A stretch of 64,000 nucleotides of DNA from an uncultured delta proteobacterium (GCA_963704165.1 CAVPHD010000003.1:288001-352000); one strand, 5' to 3'. Positions 50,290 through 60,793 are shown, counted from the first letter of the stretch. Numbers and translations are program-made. Notes: generated by a model from the letters alone, not told the origin.

Positions 50290-53200
50290 CGCTCGTCTCC
50301 GAAGCCGCGCCCGGCCTGGTCGAGATCGAAGATCACCGACACCGGAGAGAGTCGCTCGAAGTAGCCCCGCATCGGCGAGCGTTGTCGCGCCGCGGCGTTC
50401 GATTCGGAGAGCGGCCCGAGCCAGTGCGACGGGAATCCGAGCTGATCGAGGGAGTCGATCAGCGCTTGCGGCATGAACGCATAGGCATGCGTGATCTCCT
50501 GCTCGCGGAGTGCGTCGTACATGAGCTTGACCAGACCGAGCATCGCCACGCGCTCGCCGCCGCGGTGCTCGATCGCGAGCGCGAGCTTGCCGATCTCGCC
50601 CAGGCGCTCGCGCGGCACGTCGGGGATCTCGAAGTCGAAGAATGCCTCGGTCTGATACCCGAGCTCACCCGGCAGCACCACGCGCGCGGTGCCGACCAGG
50701 GCACCGGTCGAGTCATAGGCCAGACACTGAATCGCGGATTCGTCGTGCCCGTCGCGCAGAATCGGACTCCCGAAATCGGCCGGATCGATGTAGCCGTGCT
50801 GCGCGTAGACCCGGAATCGAAGCGCGTACGCGGCCTGGCGCTGCTCGATCGAATCCGCGCGACAGAAGCGATAGCCGCCGAGCACGAACTCCTTGGTGAT
50901 GGCGCCCGAGAACAGCCGGCGCAGCTCGTCGGCGGCGGAGCTCTGCGCCGGGCGCGGGCCGGATTCGAATCGGATCTCGAGCTCCGAGCCACCCGCAGTC
51001 CGCGCGCAGACCTCGCCTTCCAGAACCTTCCCGGCGTGCAGACCCCGGACCCGGACCTTCTCGCCGATCCGTGCGCCCTCCGCGTCGCGCTCTCCGAGGA
51101 TTCGGACGCGGAGGCTCTCGCCCGTGCGTCCGAGCACGAGCGCGGGAAAGGCGCGTTCGGCCGTCGTCAGAAGCACCGCGTCGTTCGTGTCTGCGGAACT
51201 CGGCGCGCCGGCGCGGGCGAGGAGCTGCGCGGGAAGGATGAACAGATCCGCGGCCAGTGCGAAGATCAGCGACAGCGCCTCCAGCCCGCCGAAGTTCGCG
51301 ATCACCTGGAAGTCCGAGAGTCCGAGAACGGCGAGCCCCGCCGCGATGATCAGGCTCGTCACGACGACGGGTCGGCCGGTCGTGACGTAGGCCTCGAATA
51401 CCGCCACGCGGCGGAGACCGTGCACGGCTTCGTGACGCCGGATCGTGTCGAGCAGATGAACGGTGCTGTCCACCGCGATCCCCAGCGTCGTGACCGCGAT
51501 GACACTGGTCACGTCCCGGAGCGTGATCGCGAAGAGAACCATGACCGCGAAGTTCAACGCGACGGGGAGCGCGATCGGAAGAAAGAGGTGTGCGCCGATC
51601 CACAGCGAGCGGAACGCCACCGACGAGAGGAACAGGATCAGGATCGAGGCTCCCGCGAGGCTCCAGACCTGCTCGACCGCGAGCTCGTCTGCGGCCTCCG
51701 AGAGCAGGATCTCGGTCGAGAGAACGGTGTCGCTCCCCGACTCCTCCGGCAGGTGCTCGCGCGCGAGCGCTTCGAGCCGCGCGCGGAGCGCCGCGCTCTC
51801 GAGACTCGATCCAACGGCCGCGGTGAGCACGATGCGCGCGTGCCGGTGCTCGAAGTCAAGCAGGTCGTCGAACTCGTCGGGCTGGCCGGCCGAAGAGTAG
51901 AGCAGCAGGAACTGCGCCACCGCCTCGCCCGAGTCGGGAATGCGAAGCTCGGCGGGATCCTCGCCGTGCATGGCGCGGTTCATCAACTCGACGTAGTTCG
52001 CGATCGAGAAGCTCTTGTCGATTTCGGGCAACGCCTCGGCCGCGGCCTGGAACGCGAGCATTCGCCGCAGGCGGTCGGGGTCGTGGATTCCGCCGGGGCC
52101 GTCCGTCCGCACGTAGACGTTCTCGATCACGTCGCCCGAGAAGTGCGTGCGGTAGAACTCCGACGAGGTGCGGAAGCGCGAGTCTTCCGCGAACGCCTTC
52201 GGACCGCTCGAATCGACGACGAGCGAGGTACTCGCCAGGCAGGCCGCGACGAAGAGTACGAGTGAGCCCGCGAGGATCGCGCGTGGGCGACGCCCGATGA
52301 ACTCGACGATTCCGAACAGGAGCACGCCGAGCCGGCGTTCGCTGGTCAGGATTCCACTGCCGCGGCGGACCGGAGACAGCGAGAGCACGGCCGGCACCCC
52401 GAAGCACGCGAGGACGATCACGGAGAGCACGCCGGCCATCAGGTCGATGCCGAAGCCTCGCACCAGCGGCAGGTCGGAGAGCGCGACGAAGCCTGCGCCG
52501 ATCGCGGTGGTGAGACCGGCGACGACGACCGGACGCCGCATCCGGTCGAGAGCCGCGAGCGTCGCCTCTCGCGCACCGTTCCCCGGCGTGGACCTGCCGC
52601 TGATAGCACGCCGCCAGGTGCATCACGTACGCGCAGCCGATCGCGAGCAGGAACGTCGGCGCGGTATTCGAGAGCGCAGTGATCGGCTCGCCGATCCAGC
52701 CCATGAATCCGGTCATCCAGACCACCGAGATGAGCACCGCGGCCAGGATCAGGAGCATCATCGTGATCGAGCCGACACTCACGTACACGAGCACCGCCAT
52801 CAGGAGGACGGTGGCGGGCAGGAAGACGCCGAGATCGCGCTGCATGGTGCGCGCGATCTCCGTCTTCATGAACGGATGTCCCGCCAGGTAGTACGGGCGG
52901 CCCGCGCCCTCGTGCTCGACGATGTCCTCGATCTTCGTCAGCAGCTCGCCGCGCTCGCTCGTCGCGTCGCCCGGCTCTTCGAGGCGAACCTGAAGCGCTG
53001 CGGTGCGCCGGTCGCTCGAGATCAGCGATCCCGTCCAGAGGGCATTCATCTCGACGCGCTCCCGGATGCGCGCGAGCGCCGCTTCGGTCCAGTCGGCTGG
53101 ATCGGCGGGGACGAGTGCCTGCACGTCCAGCGCGTCTTCGGTGCCGACGATGTCGTCGACCGTCACGAGCGCGTCGACCTCGGCGACTTCCGGAAGCTCC

Positions 53201-53484
53201 TCGATGCGAAGGGCGATCCGCCGCTGCACGTCGAGCGCATCGGCGCTGAGCGCGTCGTCGAAGGGCAGTGCGATCGAGACCACCTCGTCGCTGCCGAACA
53301 TCTCCTTCCAGCGGTCGAAGGCGACGCGATCGGGGTCGTGCTCGACGATCATCGACTCGATCGACGAATCGATGCGAAGCTCGAGCGCTCCGACCGCGAA
53401 GAAGAGCGTCACCGCTCCGATCAGCGCGAGGACCGTGCGTGGGTGCGTGATCGGCGCGCGAAGCATGTCTTCGAACGCCTTCAT
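50286..53484 (-). CDS. MMPL/RND-family transporter fused to a PilZ-like barrel and a FeeM/LuxI-like N-acyltransferase; one +1 indel at ~52582
   Basis: Two MMPL repeats (YYLAGHP, GIAVDSTVH, TGRPV, SDFQVIANFG); C-terminal AYALRFRVY..GYI, DGHD, VGTARV, EIGKLA in frame with the second repeat. Confidence 0.85.
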
Positions 53485-55475
53485 CGCTCACCCTCGCCGC
53501 CCGAGATGTGCGATCCACCCGCGAGGGAGGCGTCGAAGTCGACGACGAAGAGCCGGTGCAGGAGCTGGGTTCCGAGCACGAGGATCAGCAGCCACTCGAG
53601 CTGAAGCCTCGCGATGTGGCCATCCGGCGCGTGCTCGAGCCGCGCCCGAAGCGAAGCCACCACGCTCGGATCGAAGAACCCGGAGTCGATCAGGCTCCGC
53701 TCGCTGAGCAGCTCATCGACGTAGTCCGGACGGCGGCGTCCGAAGAACCATTCCTTGATCGGCGTGTAGAACGGGCGCTTGCGGCGCGTGCGGATCGATT
53801 CCGGCAGGAGACCGCGCATCGCGCCGCGCAGAACGGACTTCTCGGTGAAGCCCGACAGCTTGTGCTTGGGGTGGAGCCGCGCGAGCCACTCGACGAGCTC
53901 GTGATCGAGCAGGGGCACGCGCGCCTCGACGCCGTTCGCCATCGACGCGCGATCGCCCATCAGGAGAATCCAGGAGGGAAGGCGGCTCTCCACTTCGAGC
54001 GCGAGCCCGGCGTCGAGCGGGTGAAGTCCCGCGACGTTCTCGGGCACGAGCGCCGAGAATCCGGAGGGCGCGGCGGTGATCGGCCGCGGCCGCCGATCGC
54101 CGAAGGAGAGCAGCTGATCGCGCTCCGGGCCGAGCGCCATCCAGACGTCGTACCAGGGCGGGTAGATACCGCCGAAGGCCGCCTCGATGTCGGCCGCCGA
54201 GCGCTGTTGCGTGCGCAGGAAGTGATCGACGAGTCCGTCCGGAGTGCCGAGCCAGCGATAGAGCTGCCGGTAGAACGGCGCGCGCAGGGTTCGTAGCCCG
54301 GGGCGATCGAGCAGCCGTCGCATCTTGTCGGCGCGGAAGCAGTCGTAGCCACCGATCAGCTCGTCCGCGCCCTCTCCGGTCAGGGCGACCTTGAAGCCCT
54401 CCTTGCGCGCCGCGGCAGAGAGCAGCGAGAGCGGAAGCGCGAGCGGGAACTGAAGTGGCAGCTCGCAGTGCCAGACCACGTCCGGGTAGTGCAACGCGGC
54501 GCTGGGATCGCAGGTGACGATGTGACTCGGAGCGCCGAGCGCGGCGGCGACGCGCGCGGCGTACTCGCGCTCGTCGTGCTCGGGTGACGTGAAGCCGATC
54601 GAGAACGTCTCTGGCGCCTCTCCCGTCACCTCGCGATAGAGCGCGGCGATGGCCGAGGAGTCGAGCCCGCCCGAGAGGAACGTCGCGACCGGCGAATCCG
54701 AGCGCGCGTGGACCTCGACGCGCTGGATCAGGAGACCGCGGAGCTCCTCCTCGGCGTCGGCGCGCTTGACGTCGCGGTGCTCGCCGAGCGGAACGAACGG
54801 CGCACGCCAGTAGCGGCGGGGCTCTCCGACCGGACGCCCCACGTCGATGCGAAGCGTGTGGGCCGGGCGAAGCTCGAGGACGCCGCGGAACATCGTGCGT
54901 GGTGGGCACGGGTAGGAGAGCGAGAACACGTCGTCGACCGAGTCCCGATCGATCTCGATCGGCACCTGCCTCGACGCCAGGATTCCCTTGATCTCGGAGG
55001 CGAAGATCACGTAGTCGCGCGTCTCGGCGACGTAGAGCGGCTTGATGCCGAGCCGATCGCGCGCGAGCAGGAGCGAGCGATTCCGGCCGTCCCAGATCGC
55101 GAACGCGAACATGCCGGTCAGGCGCTTGACCAGGTCCTCTCCGTACTCCTCGTACAGGTGCGGCAGGATCGGCGTGTCGCACTCGCCGGAGATCGCGTGA
55201 CCGCGCGCGCGCAGTCCGATGCGCAGCTCGTCGTGGTTGTAGATCTCGCCGTTGAAGACGCTGACGATCGAGGGATGACAGCCGTGTACGGGCTGGCGTC
55301 CGTAGTCGCGATCCACGATCGCCAGGCGCGCGACCGCGAGCTGCACGTCGGACGAGAGGAACTCGGTCGTCTCGTCGGGGCCGCGATAGCCGATCGCGGC
55401 GGCCATCCGCCGGATGATCTCCGGTGCGGGCAGCGGCCTGTCGCCTTTTCGAACGATCCCGACCAGACCGCACAC
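53481..55475 (-). CDS. Asparagine synthetase B-like glutamine amidotransferase
   Basis: GTG-CGLVG (catalytic Cys2), RGPD, RLAIVD, FNGEIYNH, RDRLGIKPLY, LSGGLDSS, TGEGADE, EARVPLLD. Confidence 0.92.
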   Translation of the reverse strand: MCGLVGIVRKGDRPLPAPEIIRRMAAAIGYRGPDETTEFLSSDVQLAVARLAIVDRDYGRQPVHGCHPSIVSVFNGEIYNHDELRIGLRARGHAISGECDTPILPHLYEEYGEDLVKRLTGMFAFAIWDGRNRSLLLARDRLGIKPLYVAETRDYVIFASEIKGILASRQVPIEIDRDSVDDVFSLSYPCPPRTMFRGVLELRPAHTLRIDVGRPVGEPRRYWRAPFVPLGEHRDVKRADAEEELRGLLIQRVEVHARSDSPVATFLSGGLDSSAIAALYREVTGEAPETFSIGFTSPEHDEREYAARVAAALGAPSHIVTCDPSAALHYPDVVWHCELPLQFPLALPLSLLSAAARKEGFKVALTGEGADELIGGYDCFRADKMRRLLDRPGLRTLRAPFYRQLYRWLGTPDGLVDHFLRTQQRSAADIEAAFGGIYPPWYDVWMALGPERDQLLSFGDRRPRPITAAPSGFSALVPENVAGLHPLDAGLALEVESRLPSWILLMGDRASMANGVEARVPLLDHELVEWLARLHPKHKLSGFTEKSVLRGAMRGLLPESIRTRRKRPFYTPIKEWFFGRRRPDYVDELLSERSLIDSGFFDPSVVASLRARLEHAPDGHIARLQLEWLLILVLGTQLLHRLFVVDFDASLAGGSHISGGEGER

Positions 55476-55647
55476 GGTCCCGCTCTCCCACTGCTCGACA
55501 CCCGCGATACGAGGCTCTTTTCCTTCGGGTCCGGCCTTTGTGATCTGGAGTACCGATTCGCACGTCGGCTGCGTGTCGGAGCCCGGATTGGAGCCCGAAC
55601 GCGCGCCGGCCGATGAGCAGACCAGGCCGATCCAGGCCGAGGTCCGC

Positions 55648-56481
55648 ATGAGCAGACCGCACTTCCTGCTCGCAAGCTGCGCAACAGCTGCGCTCGTCGC
55701 GGCGTCCGCCGTGCCTCGTCCGCTTTCGGCCTCGGATGTCGCGAGCGCGAAGTCCGGGCTCGATGGACGCCAGATCATGGAGCAGGTCGATCGCAGGCAG
55801 CGCGGCCCCGATCAGCGGCTGCGGATGATCTGGCACCTCCGCGAAGCGTCCGGCCGCGAGCGCGTCCGCGAGACACGCAGCTATTGGCGCGACTATCGGG
55901 ATGCGGACTCCAAGCTTCGGAGCAAGCGGCTGATCGTCTTCGACGCGCCGCCGGACGTCCGCGAAACGGCGCTCCTGGTCTGGAGCTATCGCGAGCCCGA
56001 CATCGACGACGACCGCTGGATCTACCTGCCCGCGCTGCGCAAGGTCCGGCGTGTCGCGGGAGCCGACCGTAGCCGGTCCTTCACCGGCAGCGAGTTCAAC
56101 TACGACGACCTCGGCGACCGCGAGCTCGAAGAGGACTCGCACGTGCTCTTGCGCAGCGAGATGGAAGGCGGACGGCAGCTGCACGTCGTCGAGTCGAGCG
56201 CGCGCGACCCGGACTCGCCCTTTGCACGGCGCCTGCAGTGGGTCGATGCGCAGAACTTCACCGTCCCGCGCGTCGAGTACTACGACGAACACGACCGACT
56301 CGCGAAGGTTCTCAGCGTCGAATGGCGCGAGGTCGGTGGTGTCTGGGACTGGGCGCGGCTCCGGATGGAGAACGTGCGCTCCGGGCGATCGACCGAGGTC
56401 GAGGTGACGGAAGTCGTGCACGGCCTCGGGCTTCCTGATGACGCCTTCAGCGAGAGCGCGCTGCGCTTCGGCGTGAAGTAG
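55648..56481 (+). CDS. LolA-like outer-membrane lipoprotein-sorting family protein
   Basis: Signal peptide; F..PPDVRETALL, DDRWIYLPALRKVRR, SFTGSEFNYDD, RVEYYD. Confidence 0.87.
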   Translation: MSRPHFLLASCATAALVAASAVPRPLSASDVASAKSGLDGRQIMEQVDRRQRGPDQRLRMIWHLREASGRERVRETRSYWRDYRDADSKLRSKRLIVFDAPPDVRETALLVWSYREPDIDDDRWIYLPALRKVRRVAGADRSRSFTGSEFNYDDLGDRELEEDSHVLLRSEMEGGRQLHVVESSARDPDSPFARRLQWVDAQNFTVPRVEYYDEHDRLAKVLSVEWREVGGVWDWARLRMENVRSGRSTEVEVTEVVHGLGLPDDAFSESALRFGVK

Positions 56482-56484
56482 GCG

Positions 56485-57969
56485 ATGGGTCGATCGCGTG
56501 CGTGGCTCGTCGCCGCGGTGGTCTTCGCGGCGGGAAGCGTACGGGCGGAGACACCGCTCGAGCTGACGACCTTGCTCGAGACCGATTCCGCCTGGCGGAT
56601 CCACTCGCCACGCCAGCTCCAGAAATCCCAGAACCGCCTCGAGCTCGATGGCGCGCTCGGGCTCTCGAAGTCGTTCGAGCTTCGCGTCACCGGCCGCATG
56701 ATCTGGGATCCGACCGGAAACCTGGTCGGCCGGCATCCGGATCCGCACTTCGAGCCGATCGACCGCGCGCAGGCCGGCACCGGCCAGTATCTCGAGGCCG
56801 AGCTTCGCGAGGCGTACCTCGACTGGCACGGACGCGTCGCGGGCATGCGGCTCGACGTACGCGCCGGCAAGCAGCAGATCGTCTGGGGACAATCCTTCGG
56901 TCTGCGTGTGCTCGACCTGGTGAATCCCCAGGACTACCGCGAGTTCATTCTCGACGAGTTCGTGGACGCGCGCATTCCGACGTTCGCCTTGCGCGGCGAT
57001 CTCGCGGCGCGAGGCTTCACGCTTCAGGCGATCGTCGTTCCCGACTTCGAGCCCGACCTGCTCCCCGATCTGGAGAGCGAGTTCGGACTCGAGTCCAGCG
57101 TACCGGGCTACCTGCCCGGGCTAGCGCCGCTGCCCGACGATCCGCTCTTCGCGGGCGGCGGTCCGATCCTGATTCCAGGTGACGACGACCGCCCCGGCGA
57201 CTGGCGCGCGCGAAGTCTCGCGTACGGGCTGCGCATCTCGACCGCCGCGCGCGGCTTCGACGTCGGTCTGTACTACTGGGACCGCATCGACCCATCGCCC
57301 GTCTTCCGTCGCAGCATCCAGTCCCTCGTCGTGCCCGGCTATGGACCCGTGCCCGTGAACGTGATCGACACCGAGTACGCGCGCGTGCGGAGCGTGGGCG
57401 TGTCGTTTGCGCGTCCACTCGGCCAGTTCGCGCTCTGGGGCGAGGGCGCGGTCAGCCACGGCCGCGCGTTCGCTCTCGACGACCTGTCCGATCCGGACGG
57501 CTGGGTTCGGCGACCGGATCTGCAGTACGCGCTGGGCCTGGACTGGAACGCGGGCGAGAGTTGGTTCGCGAACGCGCAGTGGATCCAGTTCGTGCGCATG
57601 GGACCGACCCACGGCATCGAGGTCGATCGCACGCGAAACTTCGCGTCGCTCCTGCTCCGCGGCGAATTGCTGGCCGAGACCCTCGTGCCGCAGGTCTTCG
57701 TCCTCTTCGGACTGAACGAGCAGGAAGCGATGGTGCGCCCGTCGCTCGAGTACCGCGCGACCGACCGGCTCTCGGTCGCGCTCGGCGTCGACCTCTTCAC
57801 CGGCCCGCGAAACGGAACGCTCGGCCAGTACGCGCACGAGCGAGGCTGCGCGACGATTCCCGTCTCGGTGCCGCTGCCCGGTGCGGGAACCTGCGGGTAC
57901 GAGTCGCCGGAGGGCGAGACGAGCCGGGTCTACCTGCGGATTCGCTACGCGTTCATGAACGCGTTCTAG
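56485..57969 (+). CDS. DUF1302-like outer-membrane beta-barrel protein
   Basis: Signal peptide; ELREAYLD, RAGKQQIVWG, LDLVNPQDYREF, C-terminal RIRYAF..F. Confidence 0.78.
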   Translation: MGRSRAWLVAAVVFAAGSVRAETPLELTTLLETDSAWRIHSPRQLQKSQNRLELDGALGLSKSFELRVTGRMIWDPTGNLVGRHPDPHFEPIDRAQAGTGQYLEAELREAYLDWHGRVAGMRLDVRAGKQQIVWGQSFGLRVLDLVNPQDYREFILDEFVDARIPTFALRGDLAARGFTLQAIVVPDFEPDLLPDLESEFGLESSVPGYLPGLAPLPDDPLFAGGGPILIPGDDDRPGDWRARSLAYGLRISTAARGFDVGLYYWDRIDPSPVFRRSIQSLVVPGYGPVPVNVIDTEYARVRSVGVSFARPLGQFALWGEGAVSHGRAFALDDLSDPDGWVRRPDLQYALGLDWNAGESWFANAQWIQFVRMGPTHGIEVDRTRNFASLLLRGELLAETLVPQVFVLFGLNEQEAMVRPSLEYRATDRLSVALGVDLFTGPRNGTLGQYAHERGCATIPVSVPLPGAGTCGYESPEGETSRVYLRIRYAFMNAF

Positions 57970-58092
57970 CCGGAATCGTCAGCTGGATCGGGAACGCGCC
58001 ATCGTCGAGTTGGCGGAATGATACCCTGTGGACTCAACCTACCGAGTCTCCGGAGAATCCCGGGCGGTACCCCCTCATGAGTAGACTTCGCG

Positions 58093-59304
58093 ATGATGCG
58101 GCTTGCCTATCTCGCGCACTGTTATCCCTACCCAAGTCACACGTTCATCCGGCGGGAGATTCGCGAACTCGAGCGTCTGGGCCATGAGATTCACCGATTC
58201 GCGCTGCGAGCCGCTCCTACCGCCATCCTCGACGCAGAGGACGAAATGGAAGGCGCGCAAACTTGGACCGTTCTCCGTCAGCCTGTCTGGCGCTTCGCCG
58301 CTGCGTTGCTGTGTGATGCATTTGCACGTCCTCGGCGCGCACTCAGAGCGTGGAAAGCTGCGTACGCTCTCGCCCCAGTAAAGCGTCTCCGCATCATTCG
58401 TGCGCTTGCCTACTTCCTAGAGGCCTCTCTCCTCGCCCGCGAGTTTCGCCACAGAGGACTCCTTCACTTGCACGCGCACTTCGGCACGCATCCGTCTGCC
58501 GTCGCACACGTGGCGAGTACGATTTGCGATACCTCCTACAGCTTGACCATCCACGGACCGGAGGAGTTTCTTCCCGAGTTCCGCTCAGGGATCCGCGCCA
58601 AGGTCCACAAAGCGGCATTCACCGCCGTGATCAGCGACTACTGCGCAGCACGTGTGCGCGAACTTTCCCACCATGTCGACCGCGAGAAGATCGTGGTCGT
58701 TCGCTGCGGTGTTGGACCTGCCTTTCTAGGTACGCCGTCGCCGGTCGACCCACAGACACGGCAGGTGGTCTGCGTCGGCAGGCTTACCGCGCGAAAGGGC
58801 CAGCTTCGCCTGATCGACGCGGCGACCCAATTGCATCGGGAGGGCACCGAGTTCTCCATCGTCATGTTGGGCGACGGCGAACTTCGCGGGGAGATCGAGG
58901 CGCGGATTGAATCGCTTGGCCTCCACGGTTGCATAGAGCTACGAGGCTGGGCGGATGAGTCCGAAGTCAGGTCTAGCATTTCCGCCGCACGTGGATTGGT
59001 CGTGCCCAGCAGTGACGAAGGCCTGCCCGTGGCGATCGTCGAGGCGCTGGCTCTTGGGCGCCCGGTGATCGCAAGCCGAGTCGCGGCCATCCCGGAACTG
59101 GTCCGAGACGGCGAGACTGGGTGGCTCGTCTCGGCCGATGGCATCGATGATCTCGCGAGCGCACTCCGCGATCTCCTCGCCACGCCCGCTCAGACGTTGA
59201 CGCAACTCGGTTCGAACGGTCGGGAACTCGTCCTGCGCTGTCATCGAACTGAAATCGAGGTCGAGATCCTAGAAGGTCACTTCCGAAGGGCATTGACTAC
59301 ATGA
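58093..59304 (+). CDS. Glycosyltransferase family 4 (GT-B)
   Basis: YPYPSHTFIRRE, HAHFG, VGRLTARKG, EGLPVAIVEA (EX7E). Confidence 0.92.
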   Translation: MMRLAYLAHCYPYPSHTFIRREIRELERLGHEIHRFALRAAPTAILDAEDEMEGAQTWTVLRQPVWRFAAALLCDAFARPRRALRAWKAAYALAPVKRLRIIRALAYFLEASLLAREFRHRGLLHLHAHFGTHPSAVAHVASTICDTSYSLTIHGPEEFLPEFRSGIRAKVHKAAFTAVISDYCAARVRELSHHVDREKIVVVRCGVGPAFLGTPSPVDPQTRQVVCVGRLTARKGQLRLIDAATQLHREGTEFSIVMLGDGELRGEIEARIESLGLHGCIELRGWADESEVRSSISAARGLVVPSSDEGLPVAIVEALALGRPVIASRVAAIPELVRDGETGWLVSADGIDDLASALRDLLATPAQTLTQLGSNGRELVLRCHRTEIEVEILEGHFRRALTT

Positions 59305-60793
59305 CGCCTTCGAACTCCCTCGCACCGTCGGAAATCCGACGCCGATTGATGCGATGGACGGAACCAAGCAAGCGGGAGGTCGCGCGTCTGTACGAGGGGT
59401 CTCGTGCTGGGGTGAAGGAATGGTCGAGCAGTGCGAGTCGGTGGTTCGGGCGGATTTCTTCCAGATCAGGGAATGCATGGGGCTCGCGCTCGACTCTCCT
59501 GTGAATCCGTGTTCCCGTCATCAGCGCAAAGCGATTCAATGCGATGCGGTCGATCCGACCCTCATTCTCCTCGAGGAATGAGGCGCTCGCGGCAACGTCC
59601 GTCGCGCGCTCGCCGGGGTAGCCGAGGATCATCGTGAGGCGGACGCTCAGGCCAACTGTGGCAGCGTCGGCCAGAAATCGCCGTGTCGTTTCGAGATCAG
59701 TTCCTTTCCTCATTTCGTCCAGCAAGCGCTGACTTCCAGACTCGAGTCCCGTCGTCAGCCGAACCATCCCCGAAGCTCGAGCCGCACGTAATTCGGCGAG
59801 GGATACGCCGTCGGGTCGATTCCCGGTCACGTGAACCGCGCCGATCCAGCGCACTGATGGGACACGTGTGCGAACTCTCGAGATCAGTGCGTTCCACACA
59901 CGGGCGTCCGAGTTCAGCTTCAAGTCGGCAAATGCGAATAGCTCCGTCTCATGACGTCGCGACTGAAACTCCAGTTCTTCGAGTACGCTCTCAGCGCTTC
60001 TGGATCGAAAGCTGCGTCCCGCCGTACTCGTCACGTCGGAACAGAAGGAGCAGACCCCCCAGCCGCAGCCTCGTCCGGTCAGCATCGGGACGATCCGGTT
60101 TGGGTACTGCTGCCACGGGAAGTCGCGATAATCCGGAAATGGAAGGTCGTCCAGGCCGAGCAGCGGGCGCGCCGGTTTCGGAGTTCGCCCCCTGACCCAC
60201 AGCCCCGGAAACTCGTCGAGCGCCTTCTCGTCGACTACGGCTCGTACGATGGCTGGGAGATCGGGCTCTACCTCGCCGCCCACTATCGCCGCTACACCAG
60301 GAATACCTACCCACTCAGTCGCAACCTCCCGCTGATAGAAGTAGCTACCACCGACGATCACCGGGATGCCACGTAGTCCGCAGATGCGCGCGATCTCGCG
60401 ACAGGCCTCGTAGTACATGAGGTAGGTCGAGATCAGAACGACATCGCATCCGGTCGCTAGTTTCGTTTCGAGTGTGTTCAGCAATTCGCGCATCGCGCGG
60501 GGCGGGATTGGATGTCGCCGATCCACCCACAAGGCGCGTGCTCGCTGTACGTGCGGGTTGCTCGATATCGCTGTCCGGTAGCGTATCCGCGCTTCGGCGA
60601 GCCCCCAAGGCGCGGCTCGCGACTCGCGGGGATTCCCGGTCACCCCGAACGCTAGAGGGGACAGAACGGTGACGTTCGTCTCGTTCTCGCGGAGGATCGC
60701 AGCAAGAAGCCCGACCGCGACGGTCGGGTAGCGCGCGAAGTTGTTCAAATCGACGAGAAGTACCCTCGGCTGGGTTTGAACTGTGGGACTCAC
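59297..60793 (-). CDS. Cobalamin-binding radical SAM protein
   Basis: VLLVDLN, VGGS, GRGCGWGVCSFC, GLESGS, MRKG, ILGYPGE. Confidence 0.88.
   Translation of the reverse strand: MSPTVQTQPRVLLVDLNNFARYPTVAVGLLAAILRENETNVTVLSPLAFGVTGNPRESRAAPWGLAEARIRYRTAISSNPHVQRARALWVDRRHPIPPRAMRELLNTLETKLATGCDVVLISTYLMYYEACREIARICGLRGIPVIVGGSYFYQREVATEWVGIPGVAAIVGGEVEPDLPAIVRAVVDEKALDEFPGLWVRGRTPKPARPLLGLDDLPFPDYRDFPWQQYPNRIVPMLTGRGCGWGVCSFCSDVTSTAGRSFRSRSAESVLEELEFQSRRHETELFAFADLKLNSDARVWNALISRVRTRVPSVRWIGAVHVTGNRPDGVSLAELRAARASGMVRLTTGLESGSQRLLDEMRKGTDLETTRRFLADAATVGLSVRLTMILGYPGERATDVAASASFLEENEGRIDRIALNRFALMTGTRIHRRVEREPHAFPDLEEIRPNHRLALLDHSFTPARDPSYRRATSRLLGSVHRINRRRISDGAREFEGVM

Noticed and set aside
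50286..50880. Classical LuxI/LuxR quorum-sensing pair
   Set aside because: No LuxR in the window; the domain has VY/GY and EIGK rather than the VF..W and E.SR pattern of LuxI, closer to FeeM-type.
53481..55475. AsnB-like gene as a lasso-peptide cyclase
   Set aside because: It keeps a full glutaminase domain with Cys2; no B1/B2 peptidase or precursor is nearby.
53713..56892. 1059-aa minus-strand ORF
   Set aside because: Shadow of the asnB-like, LolA-like and DUF1302-like genes; no motifs; expected in high-GC DNA.
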